From NCBI GenBank assembly GCA_963925735.1, contig CAWUUH010000010.1, forward strand, positions 12,856 to 76,855: a stretch of DNA of 64,000 bases, in the 5' to 3' direction. Each line of letters opens with the position of its first letter. Within the stretch, counting starts at the first letter, position 1. Shown piece after piece: positions 61,066 to 64,000 of the stretch. The DNA comes from an uncultured Pseudomonadales bacterium (GTDB taxonomy: Bacteria; Pseudomonadota; Gammaproteobacteria; Pseudomonadales; Azotimanducaceae). The notes under the pieces were generated by a model. The model searched no databases, was not told the origin of the DNA, and saw nothing but the letters and a program-made list of their open reading frames with translations. The position numbers were made by a program, and so were the translations under genes.

Positions 61066-62337
61066 ATGGAATTCTCACAACTATCCCGCGAGCAATTGCG
61101 GAGCCTACAGACATCTCTCGGCGCGCAATATGAGACGTTCAGACAGGCTAACCTGAACCTCGACTTGACCCGTGGCAAGCCAGCCCCGGCCCAACTGGAT
61201 TTATCTAACGAACTCGATGGTATCCTCGAGGGTTTCTACCTGTTGCAAGATGGTACGGACGTCAGAAATTACGGCGGCATTCTGGGCATACCAGAAGCCA
61301 GGCAGTTGGCCGCCACCTTTCTCGAAGTCGACACCGATGAGGTCTTGGTCGGTGGTAACAGCAGCCTGTCGCTGATGTACGCTTACATCGATCATATGCT
61401 CCCTGTCTGGCGTCAAGCCTTAGTAGCCAACCCAGATGCCAAAATTAAGTTTATCTGCCCCGTACCCGGCTACGATCGACACTTCACGATTTGCGAACAC
61501 TTTGACATCGAGATGCTCAACGTAGCCTTAGTTGATGGCGGTCCCGATATGGACCAGGTCGAGGCGCTGATCAAACAGGACCCGTTGATCAAGGGTATTT
61601 GGTGCGTCCCTAAATACTCCAATCCTACCGGGCATACTTACAGTGACGTCGTCGTAGACCGTATTGCTCGACTGGCGGAAATCGCAGGCGAGCATTTCAC
61701 CATACTCTGGGATAACGCTTACGCGGTGCACCATCTCAGCGATAATCCTGACGTATTGAAGAACCTGATGGCCGAGGCCAAGCATCAGGGCAACGAACGT
61801 AGTGTCGTGCTGTTTGGCTCAACCTCCAAAATCACCTTCGCCGGTGCTGGCATCGCATTTTTAGCGACTGAGTCCAGCAATCTCAAGGCTTTCGAGAAAT
61901 ACCTGTCAGCTTCAGTGATCGGCTTCGACAAGGTCAACCAGCTACGACATGTTCGCTTTCTCAAAGACGCTGAACATATCGCCGCACATATGGTCAAACA
62001 TCGAAATATTATTCAACCCAAGTTTGATCTGACGCTCAAGATCCTGTCTGAGCACCTTGAAGGCAAAGGCATAGCGACCTGGAGCCGCCCGCAAGGCGGC
62101 TACTTTATTTCCCTAGACACCCTGCCAGGGCTCGCTTCCGAGGTGATTCAACACGCTGCGGCAATTGGTGTTAAGCTGACCCCAGCGGGAGCGACATTTC
62201 CCTATGGGCTAGATCCACAAAACAGCAATATTCGAATCGCCCCCACATTTCCGGCTATGGATTCTCTGCAACGCGCACTTGAGGTGTTCGTAGTTTGTCT
62301 ACAACTTGCGACCGTCAACCAATTTTTGAGCGACTAA
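61066..62337 (+). CDS. Class I/II PLP-dependent aminotransferase
   Basis: NLDLTRGKP, NPTG, and STSKITFAGAGIAF with the PLP lysine. GGAG lies 6 nt before ATG 61066; the track start at 61054 is TTG. Confidence 0.75.
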   Translation: MEFSQLSREQLRSLQTSLGAQYETFRQANLNLDLTRGKPAPAQLDLSNELDGILEGFYLLQDGTDVRNYGGILGIPEARQLAATFLEVDTDEVLVGGNSSLSLMYAYIDHMLPVWRQALVANPDAKIKFICPVPGYDRHFTICEHFDIEMLNVALVDGGPDMDQVEALIKQDPLIKGIWCVPKYSNPTGHTYSDVVVDRIARLAEIAGEHFTILWDNAYAVHHLSDNPDVLKNLMAEAKHQGNERSVVLFGSTSKITFAGAGIAFLATESSNLKAFEKYLSASVIGFDKVNQLRHVRFLKDAEHIAAHMVKHRNIIQPKFDLTLKILSEHLEGKGIATWSRPQGGYFISLDTLPGLASEVIQHAAAIGVKLTPAGATFPYGLDPQNSNIRIAPTFPAMDSLQRALEVFVVCLQLATVNQFLSD

Positions 62338-62344
62338 CCACACG

Positions 62345-63715
62345 ATGAAGCTTCTCAATGAGTCACCTGCAAACGATCAGCTGTCAGCAGCAGCCGCTAC
62401 TGTGGCATCAGCCACTGACCTTGTCGATCAACCAGACCCTGGCTTGACTAAAGCGGTGGCAGTCGAGCCCCAGGTAAACGACTTTCTTGAGCTTGACCTT
62501 CCGAATGAGCTTTACCTTGCGATTGATAAATTGGGATTCACTACCTCCACTGCCATTCAAAAAGAGGTACTGCCCTACTCTCTGGATGGGCGAGATATTA
62601 TCGCCCAGGCCCAAACCGGCACCGGCAAGACCGCCGCATTTTTGATTTCCGTGATCACTTATCATCTCGAACATCCAGAATACGATCCTCGGCCCGCGGG
62701 CACACCTTTTGCACTTGTCATCGCCCCGACTCGCGAACTGGTCATGCAGATAGCAGAGGATGCGATGAGCCTTTCGTTGTTCACTGATCTCTCTGTTTTA
62801 TCCGTTGTTGGCGGCATGGATTATGAAAAACAGAAGAACCAGCTCAAGGGCCCCATCGATATTATTATCGCAACACCTGGTCGCCTGCTGGACTTTTGTC
62901 GCACCGGTGTCATTAATTTATCCAGGGTTGAAACACTGGTCATTGATGAAGCCGATAGAATGTTGAGTATGGGATTTATTCCCGACGTGAAATCGATTAT
63001 TAGCAAGACACCCGCTAAGCAAAAGCGTCAGACTCAGTTGTTCAGCGCAACCTTCAGCGACGATATCAAACGTCTGGCCGCAAGCTGGACGTTGGATCCT
63101 GTGCGTATAGAAGTGGCACCTGATCAGGTCGCAGTCGACTCCGTCGAGCAGTTAGTCTACCTGGCCAGTGCAGACCAAAAATTCGCGGTCCTGTATAACC
63201 TGCTGCAACTAGACACCGTTGATCGGGTCATTATTTTCGCTAATCGGCGGGACGAGACTCGCTCACTGGAAAGCCGACTGTATCGCCACGGAATCGACTC
63301 AGGACTGCTCAGTGGTGAAGTCGTACAAACCAAGCGCATTCGCACCCTCGAACAATTCAAATCCGGTGAAATTAAAGTCTTAGTGGCCACCGACGTCGCA
63401 GGTCGCGGTATCCACGTCGACGGTGTGTCCCACGTGATCAATTACAACCTACCCGAAGACCCGGAAGACTACGTTCACCGTATTGGTCGAACTGGTCGAG
63501 CCGGCGCAATGGGCACCTCGGTCAGTCTCGCCTGCGAAGATGAATCATTTATGCTGCCCGCCATTGAGACTCTGCTTGGCCAAGCATTCCGCTGCGAGCA
63601 ACCGCCTGAGGCCCTATTGAAAGCGCTTCCTGCGCCTGTACGCAAGGGACGCGAAAAACCGCCAATGGTACCCGCCAGACCTAATAACAAAGGAAACCGT
63701 GGGCGTGGGCACTAA
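62345..63715 (+). CDS. DEAD-box ATP-dependent RNA helicase (RhlB-like)
   Basis: Q motif, AQTGTGKT, PTRELV, DEAD, SAT and HRIGRTGRAG motifs, with a basic C-terminal tail. Confidence 0.9.
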   Translation: MKLLNESPANDQLSAAAATVASATDLVDQPDPGLTKAVAVEPQVNDFLELDLPNELYLAIDKLGFTTSTAIQKEVLPYSLDGRDIIAQAQTGTGKTAAFLISVITYHLEHPEYDPRPAGTPFALVIAPTRELVMQIAEDAMSLSLFTDLSVLSVVGGMDYEKQKNQLKGPIDIIIATPGRLLDFCRTGVINLSRVETLVIDEADRMLSMGFIPDVKSIISKTPAKQKRQTQLFSATFSDDIKRLAASWTLDPVRIEVAPDQVAVDSVEQLVYLASADQKFAVLYNLLQLDTVDRVIIFANRRDETRSLESRLYRHGIDSGLLSGEVVQTKRIRTLEQFKSGEIKVLVATDVAGRGIHVDGVSHVINYNLPEDPEDYVHRIGRTGRAGAMGTSVSLACEDESFMLPAIETLLGQAFRCEQPPEALLKALPAPVRKGREKPPMVPARPNNKGNRGRGH

Positions 63716-64000
63716 ACCGCCGCACCCGCTGTTATCCGCACAGGACATTAGCGGCCTCGACGAGACCGTCAATACCCATCAATTTAACCCTAACGCCGTG
63801 CGTCATACGCGCTCACTTGGCGACCTGGTGGGCATGAGCCATATCGGCGTGCACCTGGTCAGGCTTGAGCCGGGGCATGATTCTACCCAGTTTCACACTC
63901 ACCATTGCGACGAAGAGTTTCTTTATATCCTCTCCGGGCGGGGTATTGCCGAAATCGGCGAAAGCCGCCATGAGGTAGGCCCTGGAGATTTCATGGGCTT
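63705..64000 (+). CDS. Cupin-domain protein, N-terminal part; 3' end outside window
   Basis: Hand translation ...GVHLVRLEPGHDSTQFHTHHCDEEFLYILSGRG..GPGDFMG shows cupin motifs. The frame is open to the window end, so it is absent from the track. Start is GTG 63699 or 63705, after AAGGA. Confidence 0.6.
   Translation, partial: MGTKPPHPLLSAQDISGLDETVNTHQFNPNAVRHTRSLGDLVGMSHIGVHLVRLEPGHDSTQFHTHHCDEEFLYILSGRGIAEIGESRHEVGPGDFMG

Overview
The window looks like core chromosome of a gammaproteobacterium. Its long syntenic block matches the Pseudomonas/Cellvibrionales order (minus strand): proS ... aspS-yebC-ruvCAB-tolQRA-tolB-pal-cpoB-queE-queC. The block lacks ybgC. Also present are dapA-bamC, nadA, bepA, dcp, rmuC, argC, miaE, one tRNA-Lys(UUU) and many catabolic or transport genes: amidohydrolases, a paired acyl-CoA dehydrogenase, a GS-like/GATase/Na-symporter module, and prpE-SDR. 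I saw no rRNA, CRISPR array, transposase, integrase or recognisable prophage or defence island. The most interesting locus is the cnoX/MBL intergenic region (22988-23600). There, two abutting LexA (SOS) boxes sit on a promoter for a 50-codon ORF that is too short for the supplied track. Downstream of that ORF lie three families of short direct or tandem repeats. Secondary leads are a translationally coupled esterase-miaE-GT-A-like-epoxide hydrolase operon, an orphan basic protein in an AT-rich pocket, an acyl-CoA dehydrogenase pair with complementary motif loss, and an S4-domain gene without a canonical start codon. All product calls come from motif and family recognition by eye; no database search was run.
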